Made by a program: the position numbers and the translations under genes
Shown: positions 1-12,175 of the stretch, piece by piece
Layout: every line of letters starts with the position of its first letter
Position numbering within the stretch: position 1 is the stretch's first letter
Assembly (NCBI RefSeq): GCF_006345805.1
Contig: NC_042997.1
Coordinates: 136,710,001 to 136,774,000, forward strand
Source of the DNA: Octopus sinensis
Taxonomy: Eukaryota
Direction of reading: 5' to 3'
DNA length: 64,000 nt
Notes under the pieces: generated by a model
The model's database searches: none
Seen by the model: only the letters and a program-made list of their open reading frames with translations
What the model was told of the DNA's origin: nothing

Positions 1-534
1 AATGCAGGGAGTATAAAAAGGTTAACGAAAAACGATTACAAAGTGAGGGAAAAGCAATATAACATAGTGTAGGGATTCGAACCCCAACCGCAAGATTTTC
101 GGTTAAGGATCACGAGTGAGCCACCAGAGTTTCACGTGATTGGTCTATAAATCGACCAATCAGCGTGAAGCCGTCGCGTGATATGGTTTCTTGGATGACT
201 TAAAATTCACTCCTTTTTCACCCTATAAAAACCATTTGGTGTCTAACTTAGCCAGACGACCTTGAGCATTCGAGTAGACTGAGTTGGACACTCAGTGAAG
301 GCAGACTGCTAAGACTAGTCCGCCTCGGGCACTCGGAGAGACGACCTTGAGCAAGAAACGACTTTGGACACTCACACACAATGTGCCACAACTAGCCTTC
401 TACGAACACAGTACGGTTCTCTCCTCCCGGTCGGCGGTTATTTTGTCAGCGTCTTTCTTTGATAAACTTCCAAAGCAATAAATCATGTCCGGCAATAGAT
501 ATGTTAAAAGTTTGAGAGTTTACTCCGATATTAC
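1..534 (+). mobile_element. LTR-like segment (5' end outside window)
   Basis: CCAAT boxes (~137-160), CTATAAAA at ~222, internal repeat AGACGACCTTGAGCA x2, AATAAA at ~478, ends ...GATATTACA. No PBS, PPT or TSD visible. Confidence 0.4.
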
Positions 535-793
535 ACACGCTGCCAATTTGAGGAATCCAACAAGTCACAGGAGTATCTAAAAATAAAATCTCCTAACGCG
601 AAATCCTCTCATTAATTTTCATATTATAAAATAAAATGTGTACAGAAGGATATTTTCGGCGTGGGGAGCAGCACTTCTACTTTTTGGCACGGAAATAACA
701 ATTTTTAATTATACATTAAAGAATGGATTTCGAAAGAAATACGTTAGGAAATAAATAAGAATCGTAACAAGGTACGTTCTTATAAAAAATATT

Positions 794-1150
794 GGATCTT
801 TTCGGTTTGAACGGCAGTTTTTAACATAATTTCTAGGTAACTAAAAAATTTTAAACTTCATATACTGGTAGAATGTGTTTATAAAACATATTTTTTCCTT
901 TTGACTTTATTGAGAAAATTCTATAGTTTGTAAGATATTTGGTCTTTAATCTCTTGCATTTCGGCAATTTCAACCAATCAATGACCGTCTATTGAGGTGA
1001 AAACATTCTGTGCCGTATGAATATGTCCCACGTTTAAGAAACAGATTGGGTTTATTTACATTTGTGAAGAAAAAAAAGATACCCTTCCCCCACCCTTAAC
1101 CCTAACCCTAACCCTAAAACAGATTGAAGTGCAATAGACCGAAAAGATTC
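794..1150 (+). mobile_element. Helentron/HINE-like non-autonomous element
   Basis: Starts GGATCTTTTCGGT with its inverted copy ACCGAAAAGATTC at the other end; internal (TAACCC)3. Same family as 9870-10510. Confidence 0.5.
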
Positions 1151-1249
1151 AAAAATGTTCACTACAATGTAAGGAGTAGAGATGGAATGAAGATTATTGT
1201 GAGGATGAGGGACACTATTTTCTGTCTTACAGTTTATCATCATCAACAT

Positions 1250-2065
1250 CTACTTAAGATGCAAAGAACTCATAAAAAACTGGTGTTTATGTTTATTGTT
1301 CATCTCTTTGATCAGCTCAGTGTAGAAACCGACTTCAATGTAAACTATTTTTGTAATTCTTGTGTTACATTCACAATTAAGGTCATCAGTAAAAACAGAT
1401 CTTCTCCTACTAGTACCAACCCTTTGATGATATTCTTTGCAGTTAATTTACGTAGAATTGGTGGAGTTTCGTATTCTTATCCGTATTCTCAGCCTACTTT
1501 TGTTCTACCAGCATCAGTTGCTCGTTAAATAAACATTCTCTATGGAACACGAGAAACTGGACCATATCATCGTCTATGATTTCTTCAAACCTTTCATCAT
1601 TTGCAAGTGTAACGGTTAAATATGATGTGTGGTAGAAGCCAGGTCACCAAGAATGTAATGGATAAGTTTGTAGTTATTGAAGTCCTTCACTGGGTGGCAA
1701 CGCGTTGTTCAAAATATTGTGTCTAGCACTGTACCTTTCTACAGCAAACAAAAATGTTTGTAAACTAGTCTTCTAAAAGGCTTTTTGAAATCCAAGCCTT
1801 CTTATTTGAACACCAAATAAGAAACAGGTTAAAGAAGAAGGGGCTTCATCTTCATATCACCAGTGGTATTTATTTCCAGAAGAAACGTTGGACGGTTTTT
1901 GGAAGCTTTAAACCCTGGCGTTGATTTTTCTTCTTGAGAAATAATAGTTCTGTCAGACATGTGCTGCTAGAAAAGAGCAGTTATATAAAGATTGTTTACT
2001 TGCTCTTGTGTGTAACCCATCCAGTAATCATTTTTTCAGTTGCTCGGGGTAATTAATAACAGCAT
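1250..2065 (-). mobile_element. Decayed Tigger/pogo (DDE_1) transposase remnant
   Basis: Minus-strand translation GYTQEQVNNLYITALF*QHMSDRTIISQEEKSTPGFKASKNRPTFLLEINTTGDMKMKPLLL matches the pogo motif GY..EQVFN.DETGLFW..MP.RT.IS.EEK..PGFKASK.R. Contains stops. Confidence 0.7.
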
Positions 2066-2076
2066 TTATATTAACA

Positions 2077-2472
2077 CTAGCAGTATCGCCCGGCGTTGCT
2101 CGGGTTTGTAAGGGAAATAACTATATAAGCATTTTTAGAGAGTTATAGCCAAAAAGTAGCAAAAAAATGCATTAAAAATTGAAAAAAAATTAAGGTAAAT
2201 TTTTTTTTTAAATCGTTGACACATCGTAGATATTTTTAGAGAGTTACTTCCCTTATATAATAGCGAAAAAATGCATTAAAATGGAAAGAAATGATGGTAA
2301 ATTTTTTTTAAATCGTAGACTCATCGTAGACGCGCGCTAATACCCAGAAGGGCTCGATATGAATCACGACTATAAGATACCCGCTTTTGGTTAAACTGCA
2401 CGGCAAAATGTGGGAGTAGTTACGAATCTAAATCGAAGGGGACAGACACACAACTTCACTCTTATATAAAGA
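2077..2472 (-). mobile_element. Non-autonomous Helitron (family H1)
   Basis: On minus: A|TC 5' end, subterminal hairpin CCCGAGCAACGCCGGG, CTAG|T 3' end, no TSD. Near-identical to 16481-16776 and 63447-63840. Confidence 0.8.
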
Positions 2473-2931
2473 TGCTTATTTTTTTTCAGTCATAGAGTTA
2501 GATTTATGAAGGTCTTCAGTAGAAAATCCTTCGAATTCTGACTCGCTGCTTGATATAATGAAATTCGTATCCATTTTTTGTCAGAATTACAAATTTTGAA
2601 AACACAATAGGAACAAATTTCGGAAAAAAATCTCCCATAATTCACGGAATTAAAATTACACTTCGATTTTTGTACAAAACTGTATTTGAAGTGTTTACGA
2701 AGTATAATACGTGTTTTCACGAATGTACTAAAGAGATTTACTCTGATATTCTCATTTAAATATGAATAGGTAAATTCGGGCGATTTGGTAACGAAAGGGT
2801 TTATATAAGTGTCGTCTGTTTATACATAAACACTGTTTCATACTTTCAGTTTAGTCTTGCTCAAATCACTCTGTCGCTAATTTACTCTCTTCCAAGAACA
2901 TTTTCACTCACTGTTATCTGTTAGCTTTCCA

Positions 2932-3567
2932 CTAGCAGTATCGCCCGGCGTTGCTCGGGTTTGTAAGGGAAATAACTATATAAGCATTTTTAGAGAGTTA
3001 TAGCCAAAAAATAGCAAAAAATGCATTAAAAATGGAAAAAATATGATGGTAAATTTTTTTTTTAATCGTTGACTCATCGTAGACATTTTTAGAGAGTTAC
3101 TTCCCTTATATAATAGCGAAAAAATGCATTAAAATGGAAAAAAAACGATGGTAAATTTTTTTTAAATCGTAGACTCATGTAGACGTTTTCTTAGCCATTT
3201 CTGTTTTGGTGTCTTCAAGCCATGAAGTCGTTGTTCTAAAAGAACACTGGTCTCCTTGACAACGCATTACGACGTTGATTTCCTTACACTCCCTTCCCCA
3301 CAGGTGCAGGTGTGAGCGTGGACGCCAACTCCGCCGCCATCGACACACGAAAAATTATGCATTAAAATGGAATAAAAAATGATGTTAAATTATTTTTAAA
3401 ATCGTAGACTAATCGTAGACGCGCGCTAATATTCAGACGGGCTCGATATGAATCACGACTATAAGCTACCCGAATTTGGTTAAACTGTACCGCAAAATGT
3501 GGGAGTAGTTAGGAATCTAAATCGAAGGGGACAGACACTCACACAACTACAGTTTTATATATATAGA
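2932..3567 (-). mobile_element. Non-autonomous Helitron H1, long variant with extra internal segment
   Basis: Same termini as other H1 copies plus a ~160 bp GC-richer insert (~3186-3345) and a repeated AT-rich block. Confidence 0.8.
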
Positions 3568-3579
3568 TATACATAGCGC

Positions 3580-3960
3580 AGTAGTGGTGAGATATGACAG
3601 CAAAGAAAAGCATACATTCACTCTCTGCATGCAATTAGACTCGGAAAGTTCGTGAGGAACCCATTGACCCAATTTGCTGACTTTTCCGATAGCACACAGG
3701 TGTCAATGAATGGTTGAATGACCAAATCCAAGCTTCTCTGCTAGTTCCTCAACAGTTACGATGATATTTTGTTCCACCAGGGTTTTCAGGATGTCCTTGT
3801 CGAGTTCTACAGATCTTTCAGGATGAGGCTCGTCTTCTAGGCTGTAGTTTATGGCTCGGGATTTCTGGAACCACCATTGACACTGCCTTACGCTTATTGT
3901 CCAATCCCCATATACTGCATTAATATTTCTTGTACTTTGCACACATTTATATTCTGTTAT
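3580..3960 (-). mobile_element. Mariner transposase N-terminal remnant
   Basis: Minus frame ...TRNINAVYGDWTISVRQCQWWFQKSRAINYSLEDEPHPERSVELD...TVEELAEKLGFGHSTIH* continues IGKVSKLGQWVPHEL; WVPHEL is a mariner signature. Confidence 0.8.
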
Positions 3961-4002
3961 TCTTTTATATGTTTCAGCCTTGAGGTTGTGGCCATGCTGG
4001 AT

Positions 4003-4045
<43 letters not shown>

Positions 4046-4247
4046 CTGTCTGTCTGTCTGTATGTATATATGTATATGTATGTGTGTGAACAATAATATT
4101 TTCAACAGATGTGTTGCAAATGTATCTGATTGTTCTCAAGCTTCAATACTGTGTGTGTGTGTATGTGTGTGTGTATGTATGTATGTATATGTATGTATGT
4201 ATGTATATGTATGTATGTATGTGTGTATGTATGTATGTGTGTATGTA

Positions 4248-4284
<37 letters not shown>

Positions 4285-4340
4285 ATGTATGTATGTATGT
4301 ATGTATGTATGTATGTATGTATGTGTATGTATGTATGAGT
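4003..4340. repeat. (GT)n/(GTAT)n microsatellite block
   Basis: Direct reading; source of the VC/MYV pseudo-ORFs. Confidence 0.95.
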
Positions 4341-4411
4341 GTATGTTTACTTTATTACTAATTACTCCCTTCCAAGAACATTTTCACTCACTCTTAGCTC
4401 TTAGCTTCCCA

Positions 4412-5084
4412 TACATTTTACTCATGTATCTATCAGCGTCATAGACAGAATACTTTCACTTTAGTCTTCCTCAAATCACTCTGTCGCTATTTACTTTCAT
4501 TTTATTCGTTGCCCACTGTGTGTGTGCGTTTGCGTGGGGTGTAAACCAGACTAAGAAAAGCAATTGACACACACACCAGAATGTGAGTTTTCTGTAAATT
4601 TTGCTTAATTGGAGTTTAAATTTTAAAAACTGGACCTGGCATGACGCGATGCATTGTACTCTTAAAAATGCTAGGTAAATTGTAATTGAAGAAATCCTAT
4701 ATTGTAGATTTGTATAACTCCCAAAGGGAGGCAGATAAAATCTGCCTTTTATAATAAGAGATACATTTTACTCATGTATCTATCAGCGTGATAGACAGAA
4801 ACAAATATTACATTTACTTTCATTTTATTCGTCGCACACTGTGTGTGTGCGTTTGCGTGTGGTGTAAACCAGACTAAGAAAAGCATTTGACACACACACC
4901 AGAATGTGAGTTTTCTGTAAATTTTGCTTAATTGGAGTTTAAATTTTAAAAACTGGACCTGGCATGACGCGATGCATTGTACTCTCAAAAATGCTAGGTA
5001 AATTGTAATTGAAGAAATCCTATATTGTAGATTTGTATAACTCCCAAAGGGAGGCAGATAAAATCTGTCTTTTATAATAAGAGA
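4412..5084 (-). mobile_element. Two tandem copies of a Helitron-like 5' segment (family H2)
   Basis: Units ~4412-4761 and ~4762-5084 are near-identical; each starts on minus with TCTCTTATTATAAAAG followed by a GGCAGATTTTATCTGCC-type hairpin. Confidence 0.6.
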
Positions 5085-5340
5085 TTAGTAACTTCACCAG
5101 TCAATTTCATGCTGTGCAAATTCAAACTTTCAAACCAGCCTTTACTAGCCAGAAAAGATTTTTCATTCAGTCTCACCTACATTTTTCAGAAAATCGTGAT
5201 ACAAATTTCTGGCTCTTTTAATTACCATCGTGCTTATTGCTATATTATGTTGAGCTTGATCCTTGATCCATACATCCAAGAATCGTTCCTTTTAAGCATT
5301 ACAATGAATCTGTGAAAAAAAAAATAAGGTTCATTTGATA

Positions 5341-5779
5341 GGCGTAGGAGTGGCTGTGTGATAAGTAGCTTGCTTACGAACAACGTGGTTCCGGGTTCAG
5401 TCCCACTGCGTGGCACCTTGGGCAAGTGTCTTCTACTATAGCTTCGGGCCGACCAAAGCCTTGTGAGTGCATTTGGTAGACGGAGACTGAAAGAAGCCCG
5501 TCGTATATATGTGTGTATATATATACATATATATATTTATTTATGTATATGCATGTGTGTGTATATATGTTTGTGTGTCTGTGTTTGGCCTTCCAACATC
5601 GCTTGACAACCGATACTGGTGTGTTTACGACCCCGTAACTTAGCGGTTCAGCAAAAGAAACCGATAGAATAAGTACTAGGCTTACAAAGAATAAGTCCTG
5701 GGGTCGATTTGCTCGACTAAAGGTGGTGCTCCAGCATGGCCGCAGTCAAATGACTGAAACAAGTAAAAGAGCAAAAGAG
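5341..5779 (+). mobile_element. tRNA-derived SINE, family A, full length
   Basis: Head GGCGTAGGAGTGGCTGTGTG...GGTTCAGTCCCA (A/B-box-like), central TA/TG microsatellite, tail CCAGCATGGCCGCAGTC...GAAACAAGTAAAAGAG. More than 12 copies in the window. Confidence 0.85.
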
Positions 5780-5826
5780 TACTTCTTGAACACTTAATTT
5801 TCTCCATGCTGTTACTTAATATTCAT

Positions 5827-5930
5827 ATATTGATATTACAAGTTTTAATCCTTTGACATTGTGGCACATTTTTTTTTCTCCTGCATCAAGCCTTTTTAAA
5901 ATATCAGGTTTACTATCCATTTTAACAGCC

Positions 5931-5965
<35 letters not shown>

Positions 5966-8314
5966 GATCTCCGCTTCCATCTACTCGTGAAGTTGCGAAC
6001 TGTTCACAGACACCTCTGCAATGCATGCACCTTTGAGCCAGCGGTACCTCAAAGACATGACAACTGGAGAATGAACCTCAGTACCTCTATAGGTACTTCT
6101 TTCATATAACACGACACCTTAATACCCTACTTCAAACAAACATTATGTTCTATGGACGAACCTCTAACACTGCAACAGAACTTTTCCCACGATGGAACAA
6201 TGGTTTTTCTCTGACAGCAGTTTTACATTTTCCAGATGCCTTTAGCTATGCCGAAATAATGTCTTCACCACTTGACCCTTTCTAACCTCTTCTACTTACC
6301 CAAAGCTAGAATAGAGATAACAATACCACCAACTAAATCTATTGTTCTCAATGATATATCTATCCTTCTAGATCTTTGTATAAGCAAGCACATCCCAAGC
6401 AAAAATCAGTTCGTTACAGTCGTGATGACTCAACGGAGTTAGTCACCAGTCGGTGACAAACTCAATGTGAACGTAGTCTGGCTGACCAGCTAGAACCTTG
6501 ATCAGAGGGAGAAATGAAGTTTACTGTCAGCAACTTGAGACAACACCCTACAATTCTCTCTTGCTCTAATTCTGTTCTCTTACAACATCATTCTATCTCT
6601 CTCAGCAAGTACTACTAAGCAATGAAGAGAACCCAATCACAAACTTTACTTCGCATGCTTTTGGATGTATCAAAACCTGCCCGTCGAGGCAATGTATTAT
6701 AAAGTAACGGTAAATAAATATTTCCTTAAAACTTCATGCATTGTTCATTTTACACATCTTACAACATGCAGTTAATAACAAAAAACTTTTTATCATTGTA
6801 TAAAAATAGTTACGTGATCCTATTCTTATTAATATATTTTACTGACTATTTTTTACATGCAGCGGCAATACACATAAGTTTGGAATGACAACAAGATTTC
6901 TTTTTAAGATATATACATTATTTATTTTACATATTTTACAATCATGTTTGATGTTGGAAGTTTGTAAGTGTTCGCATGTTTTTGTGTCTGTGTGTTCGTT
7001 AGGCGTAAAAAGGTACTGACCAGTGAATTGTCGATGGGATTTGATTCACAGTTAATGTTGTTGGTATCGGCTTGGCAACAGGTAATAACAGATGGCTTAA
7101 GGTAGTTCTTAGAAGAAACTAGAACCCAAGAACAGATAATTGATTTACCGTTTATGAGGTACAGCGTCAGACTTCCATATCAAGATATTGCGTGTCGCAG
7201 TTGAGATTAATTGAACCACTCGTTGTGTTTATCTTTCTCTTGATATGAATATACTTCCAGACATGTTACTGTAGCCGTTTTCTTCGTGGCGAGAATTTCA
7301 CCTAACCGCTATAGTTGAATCTGTAGTTGTCTCGTGTACAATTTAAATCTTCGATGTTTGTCGATTGGTTCTTGCTGCTTCTTCATTATATGTTCTGCTT
7401 GGTTATGTTTCTCTAGTTATAGATATCTTGTAACCGTTTTCTTCATGGTGATTTTTCACACTAACAGTATGAGAGGTATCTGTAACATCTTGTATTAATG
7501 GTGGTCGCTTGCCTCGAAACTGGAACTTGGTCGAGTATTCTCTGTGTGGTCAGAGACTTAGTTCTTAAAAGAACTAAAAGCCTAAGACGAGCTCTGTGTG
7601 GTCAGAGGTTCGCCCTGAGAAGGACTGGAAACCTAAGACCCATATTTTTCTGAGAAAACCCTGTTTTATAAGCTTCACCAGGCTCCCAGTGAACTTCAGA
7701 AATGGAAAGCTGTGATTGGCTGCTTGGACTATGGCGCGAAAATAAGTCGAGACATTTTGCGCCAAGTTATAACCAGCGGTGCGAGCGTAGTAGAGACCAA
7801 CGTGTCAGCCAATCGAATTAGTGTTTACATCAATGTTGAACCAGCCAAAGCTGTTTGTAATCTCGACCGAGGTCATTCTATATACTCTTCTCAAACAGTG
7901 AAGATAGCACTGAGAGACGATATTGCTACAATTGCATCTGCTGACCACAACATATCTTAATATTGTTTACCAAGCAATTTCTGCCGTTACATATTGATAT
8001 TACAAGTTTTAATGCTTTGACAATGTGGCACATTTTTTCTCTCCTGCATCAAGCCTTTTTAAAATATCAGGTTTACTATCCATTTTAACAGCCTGCATAC
8101 ACACACACACAAACGATCTCCGCTTCCATGTACTTGTGAAGTTGCGAACTGTTCACAGACACCTCTGCAATGCACGCACCTTTGAGAAAGCGGTACCTCA
8201 AAGACATGACAACTGGAGGATGAACCTCAGTACCTCTATAGGTATTTCCTTCATATAACACGACACCTTAATACCCTACTTCAAACAAACATTATGTTCT
8301 ATGGACGAACCTCT
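5827..8314. repeat. Direct repeat pair, ~330 bp (5827-6165 and 7991-8314)
   Basis: Both copies run ATATTGATATTACAAG...ATGGACGAACCTCT with scattered substitutions and different (CA)n length. Confidence 0.85.
6950..7991 (-). mobile_element. LTR-like segment
   Basis: Minus strand begins TGTAACGGC, has CCAAT boxes, TATAAAACAGGG and short internal duplications (CTCTGTGTGGTCAGAG x2). Distal boundary uncertain. Confidence 0.4.
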
Positions 8315-8706
8315 GAAACAGGAATAACCCCAGGTTCGTTAACACTCTGAACAAGCTGAATTTCGGTGCACTTGCAAGTACGTTTTTTAACTGCGAGTAA
8401 AACCTGCAGATAAAGTGTTTATTAAATTTATTTTCAATTTTCATTTTTCTCCACCTAAAGTGGCGTCACCTTTGCCACCAACCCATTACTTTGACACCCT
8501 GGGCAATTGCCTGAGTTGCAGTTACCTTCACCCAGCCTTGTTCAAGAAATGAGGAAGAAACATCAAGGAATAACAGTGTGGAAGATGGTGGGAAAACATG
8601 AATTTGGCTGATAACTAGAAATAATGCAGGGGAAAATTGCTGTCAATTTACGGTTTCCAAAAAAAAAAGCCGTGGGTTTTTAATTGTTTTGATTAGTTTA
8701 TATTCT

Positions 8707-9078
8707 TTTATTATTCTGTTACTTGTTTCAGTGGTTGGACTGCGGCCCTGCTGTGACACCGTTTTGCAGAGTTTAGTCTATCACATCGACCCTAGTGCTT
8801 TGTTTCTAAGTCTGTATACCGAACCGCTAAGTTACAGGGACATAAACAAACCAAAACCGTTTTGCAAGAAATGAAAAACAAATACCATCACACAAACAAA
8901 CAAAACGCATAGGGCGTCCACAATAATTTCCACACAGTTTCCGTCCACCAAATCCAATGGGTCCACCCAGGGCAATAGTAGAAGGCACGTGCTCAATGTG
9001 CCGCACAGTGGGGCTGAACCTGAATCCATGTGGTTGCGAATCGAACTTCTCAGCCACACGCTAAGGCCCCTGCGCCTA
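8707..9078 (-). mobile_element. SINE family A, diverged
   Basis: Reverse-complement similarity to 5341-5779 over head and tail. Confidence 0.7.
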
Positions 9079-9869
9079 TATATTTCCTTTCTTGTTTTGT
9101 TCGGTTTTTTTTCTTTTTCAGTTCTTTTTGGGGTTATTGTTAGAGGAAAAAAGCAAGTACTCAACGTGATGGAAGTATAAAGATCGCCAAAGAGTCTAAT
9201 GTAGATATTATATGTGGTAGCTAAGATTAGATTCGGATCGGCCATACATACATACACACACACATACATAGATACATACACACACACATACATAGATACA
9301 AACACACACACATACATGCATACATACATATACACATACATGCATACATACATATACACATACACCGAGTAAAAATTTCAGTTATCTCTCTCTTTCACAC
9401 ATTACTCTCTCTGTCTCTTCACACACACTAACAGAAGCACTTCACTTACACAACATACTGTCTGTCTCCCACACCCCATCAAACACACACACACACACAT
9501 GTACATCAATGCTTTGATAACTTCAAAAGAAATTCCCTCGTCATAAAATCGCTTCCTCTTAGTCTCTTTCGCTCTCATTACTTCAAATGTTCCCGCAAGG
9601 CCATATGTAAAAAAATAAAAGTTTTTTACGGAAATCGACGGAAACGTAACTTTACAAACGAAAGATTGCCTTAGATTCTAAGCGTAAAAGATTAACAGAA
9701 TTATCTGAACCATGTTGAAACAACCAAGTGTTCGGTGTCAGTAAGGCCCCCAACGACAAGTTGAGTCTAACGTTACAAGATCGATCCTTCACTACAGACA
9801 AAAATGATTTTACAGCATTTTCTCCTTCCTTTCTTACTTTCATTCGTTTTGTTGATAAAAAATAAAAGT

Positions 9870-10510
9870 GGATCTTTTCCTTTTGAACGGCAGACAATTT
9901 CTAGTTAACTAAACACTTTAAAACTTCGTATACTGGTAGAATGTGTCAAAATAAAACATTTTTTTCTCTTCGCTTTCTTGAGAAAATTGTAATTTGTTTG
10001 TTTAACGTAGTTTAATTTTTCGAATTTGAAGCAATCCTATGCTCTCTTTTGAGCTAATATCATTTGCTGCGTCTAAAACTGAGACAACATCCTGTAACTA
10101 ACCCTAAACCTCCCCCCTAACCCTAACCCTAATTTTTTTTTTCTTAATTGTTAAATTAATTTAATTGTTACGCGCGTTAAAAAAAACTAAAGCAATGGAA
10201 TTAAATTAATTTAACAATTAAGAAAAAAAATTGGGGTTAGGGTTAGGGGGGAGATTTAGGGTTAGTTACAGGATGTTGTCTCAGTTTTAGACGCAGCAAA
10301 TGGTTTTAGTTGAATGGAGGTAATCGATTGGTTAAAATTGCCGAAATGCTCGGATTTTCAGACGAAATATCTTACAAACTATAGAATTTTTCTCGATAAA
10401 ACCAAGAGAAAATGATGTCTTATAAACACATTCTACCAGTATACGAAGTTTAAAAGTGTTTAGTTAACTAGAAATTGTGTTGACATCTGCCGTTCAAAAG
10501 GAAAAGATCC
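9870..10510. mobile_element. Fold-back element made of two inverted Helentron-like halves
   Basis: GGATCTTTTCCTTTTGAACGGCAG ... CTGCCGTTCAAAAGGAAAAGATCC; inner stem of ~105 bp with (TAACCC)n/(GGGTTA)n arms. Confidence 0.75.
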
Positions 10511-11090
10511 AAAAAAGTTTCTCTCATCTAAAGGACCAGCTCCGAAACATCAGTCCCAACGGTAGAAATACCTCTCCAGCCTCAGGTACTTCGTTAAAAT
10601 TTATTTAAGATAATCCTTATGTAAATAATTCTGGCTGACATGCATTCATATTCAATTACTTATTTACTTACGTCTTGCAACATTTGATGAACTGATTATG
10701 TGACTAAGCCAACAAAATTTACCGAAAACACTCTCCCACGTTCTGTGCTAAAATTATTCGTTGTTTACAACTTACTGCACGCTTTTTGCCAAAATTATGT
10801 TGTTTACAGTGTACTTAAGGAAAACGAACAGCAAGTACATAGTACTCGAAATTGCACATACCAATCTCTTGCATCTTCCAGTCAAATTTTCTTTACAACT
10901 GGAGAAGTCAATTTCAGATGAGTTTGTGTGCTGAAAAATGTAGTAGAATTAACAAATAGTCTAAAACAGGAAAAATTTACAGCTTGCATGGGAGGAATAA
11001 CATGCTAAATAAAAGTACAGAAGTGAAACGATATCACAGTGTAATAAACAACAAAAATCGGTCATATTACAAAAATATGAAAATAACAAT

Positions 11091-11245
11091 ATGTGGCTGT
11101 GTGGTAAGTAGCTTGCTTACCAACCACATGGTTCCGGGTTCAGTCCCACTGCGTAGCACCTTGGGCAAGTGTCTTCTACTATAGCCTCGGGCCGACCAAA
11201 GCCTTGTGAGTGAATTTGGTAGACGGAAACTGAAAGAATCCCACC

Positions 11246-11301
<56 letters not shown>

Positions 11302-11523
11302 GTGTGTGTGTGTGTGTCTGTGTATGTGTTTGTCCCTCCAACATCGCTTGACAACCGATGCTGGTGTGTTTACGTCCCCGTAACTTAGCGGTTCGGCAAA
11401 ATAGACCGATAGAATAAGTACTAGGCTTACAAAGAATAAGTCCTGGGGGTCGATTTCCACGACTAAAGGCGGTGCTCCAGCATGGCCGCAGTCAAATGAC
11501 TGAAACAAGTAAAAGAGTAAGAG

Positions 11524-11526
<3 letters not shown>
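11091..11526 (+). mobile_element. SINE family A, young copy
   Basis: Close match to 5341-5779; followed by (TA)n. Confidence 0.85.
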
Positions 11527-11563
<37 letters not shown>

Positions 11564-11567
11564 GGCA

Positions 11568-11652
11568 TACGAGGGGTTGCTGAAAAGTTCCTGGCTTTGA
11601 ATAAAAGAAAACACAGGAGGATCAGTTAATTATGATTTTATTTAACATATTC
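11568..11652 (+). mobile_element. Mariner-type terminal inverted repeat fragment
   Basis: TA|CGAGGGGTTGCTGAAAAGTTCCTGGCTTT resembles mariner TIRs; the partner end is not found. Confidence 0.45.
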
Positions 11653-11832
11653 CATATATATATAAAATGAGATAGGGGTTAAACATTCAACCCACCATGG
11701 GATAACATATATCCAATATACTGCTAGAGAGGTACCCAACAAGACTAATACATAAATGTTAAAAATTGCGGTGCAATTAATTCATCTACTGTATTATGTG
11801 GGCAAGGGTAAAAATATTACCGTAAATTAATA

Positions 11833-12136
11833 ATACAAAATTAGAAAATGGAGAAACATACTTAAATCAATCAATCATCAACCATCAGATAATACCCAAT
11901 CAATACTTTATTACACCATTACATAACAGCAAAGATGTTATACATAATATATTGTAAATATAGCTAGACATAGAAATATTTGTATTTTATATTTCTATTT
12001 CTATGTCTAGCTATATTTACAATATATTATGTATAATATCTTTGCTGTTATGTAATGGTGTAATAAAGTATTGATTGGGTATTATCTGATGGTTGATGAT
12101 TGATTGATTTAAGTATGTTTCTCCATTTTCTAATTT

Positions 12137-12141
<5 letters not shown>
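11833..12141. repeat. 145-bp near-perfect inverted repeat (19-nt loop) abutting (TA)n
   Basis: 11833-11977 is the reverse complement of 11997-12141 with one mismatch. Confidence 0.95.

Positions 12142-12175
<34 letters not shown>

Noticed and set aside
1096-1115. (TAACCC)n as interstitial telomere (also ~10100-10265)
   Set aside because: Only 2-3 units, embedded at a fixed position in a dispersed repeat family.
1124-1528. 134-aa plus-strand ORF
   Set aside because: Largely antisense to a decayed Tigger transposase remnant; no independent support.
4008-4444. Cys/Val/Met/Tyr-rich ORFs (also 8832-9365, 35935-36709, 55119-55384)
   Set aside because: Di- and tetranucleotide microsatellite artefacts.
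5341-5420. tRNA-like heads with A/B boxes at many positions
   Set aside because: No complete cloverleaf; each continues into a SINE body, so these are not tRNA genes.
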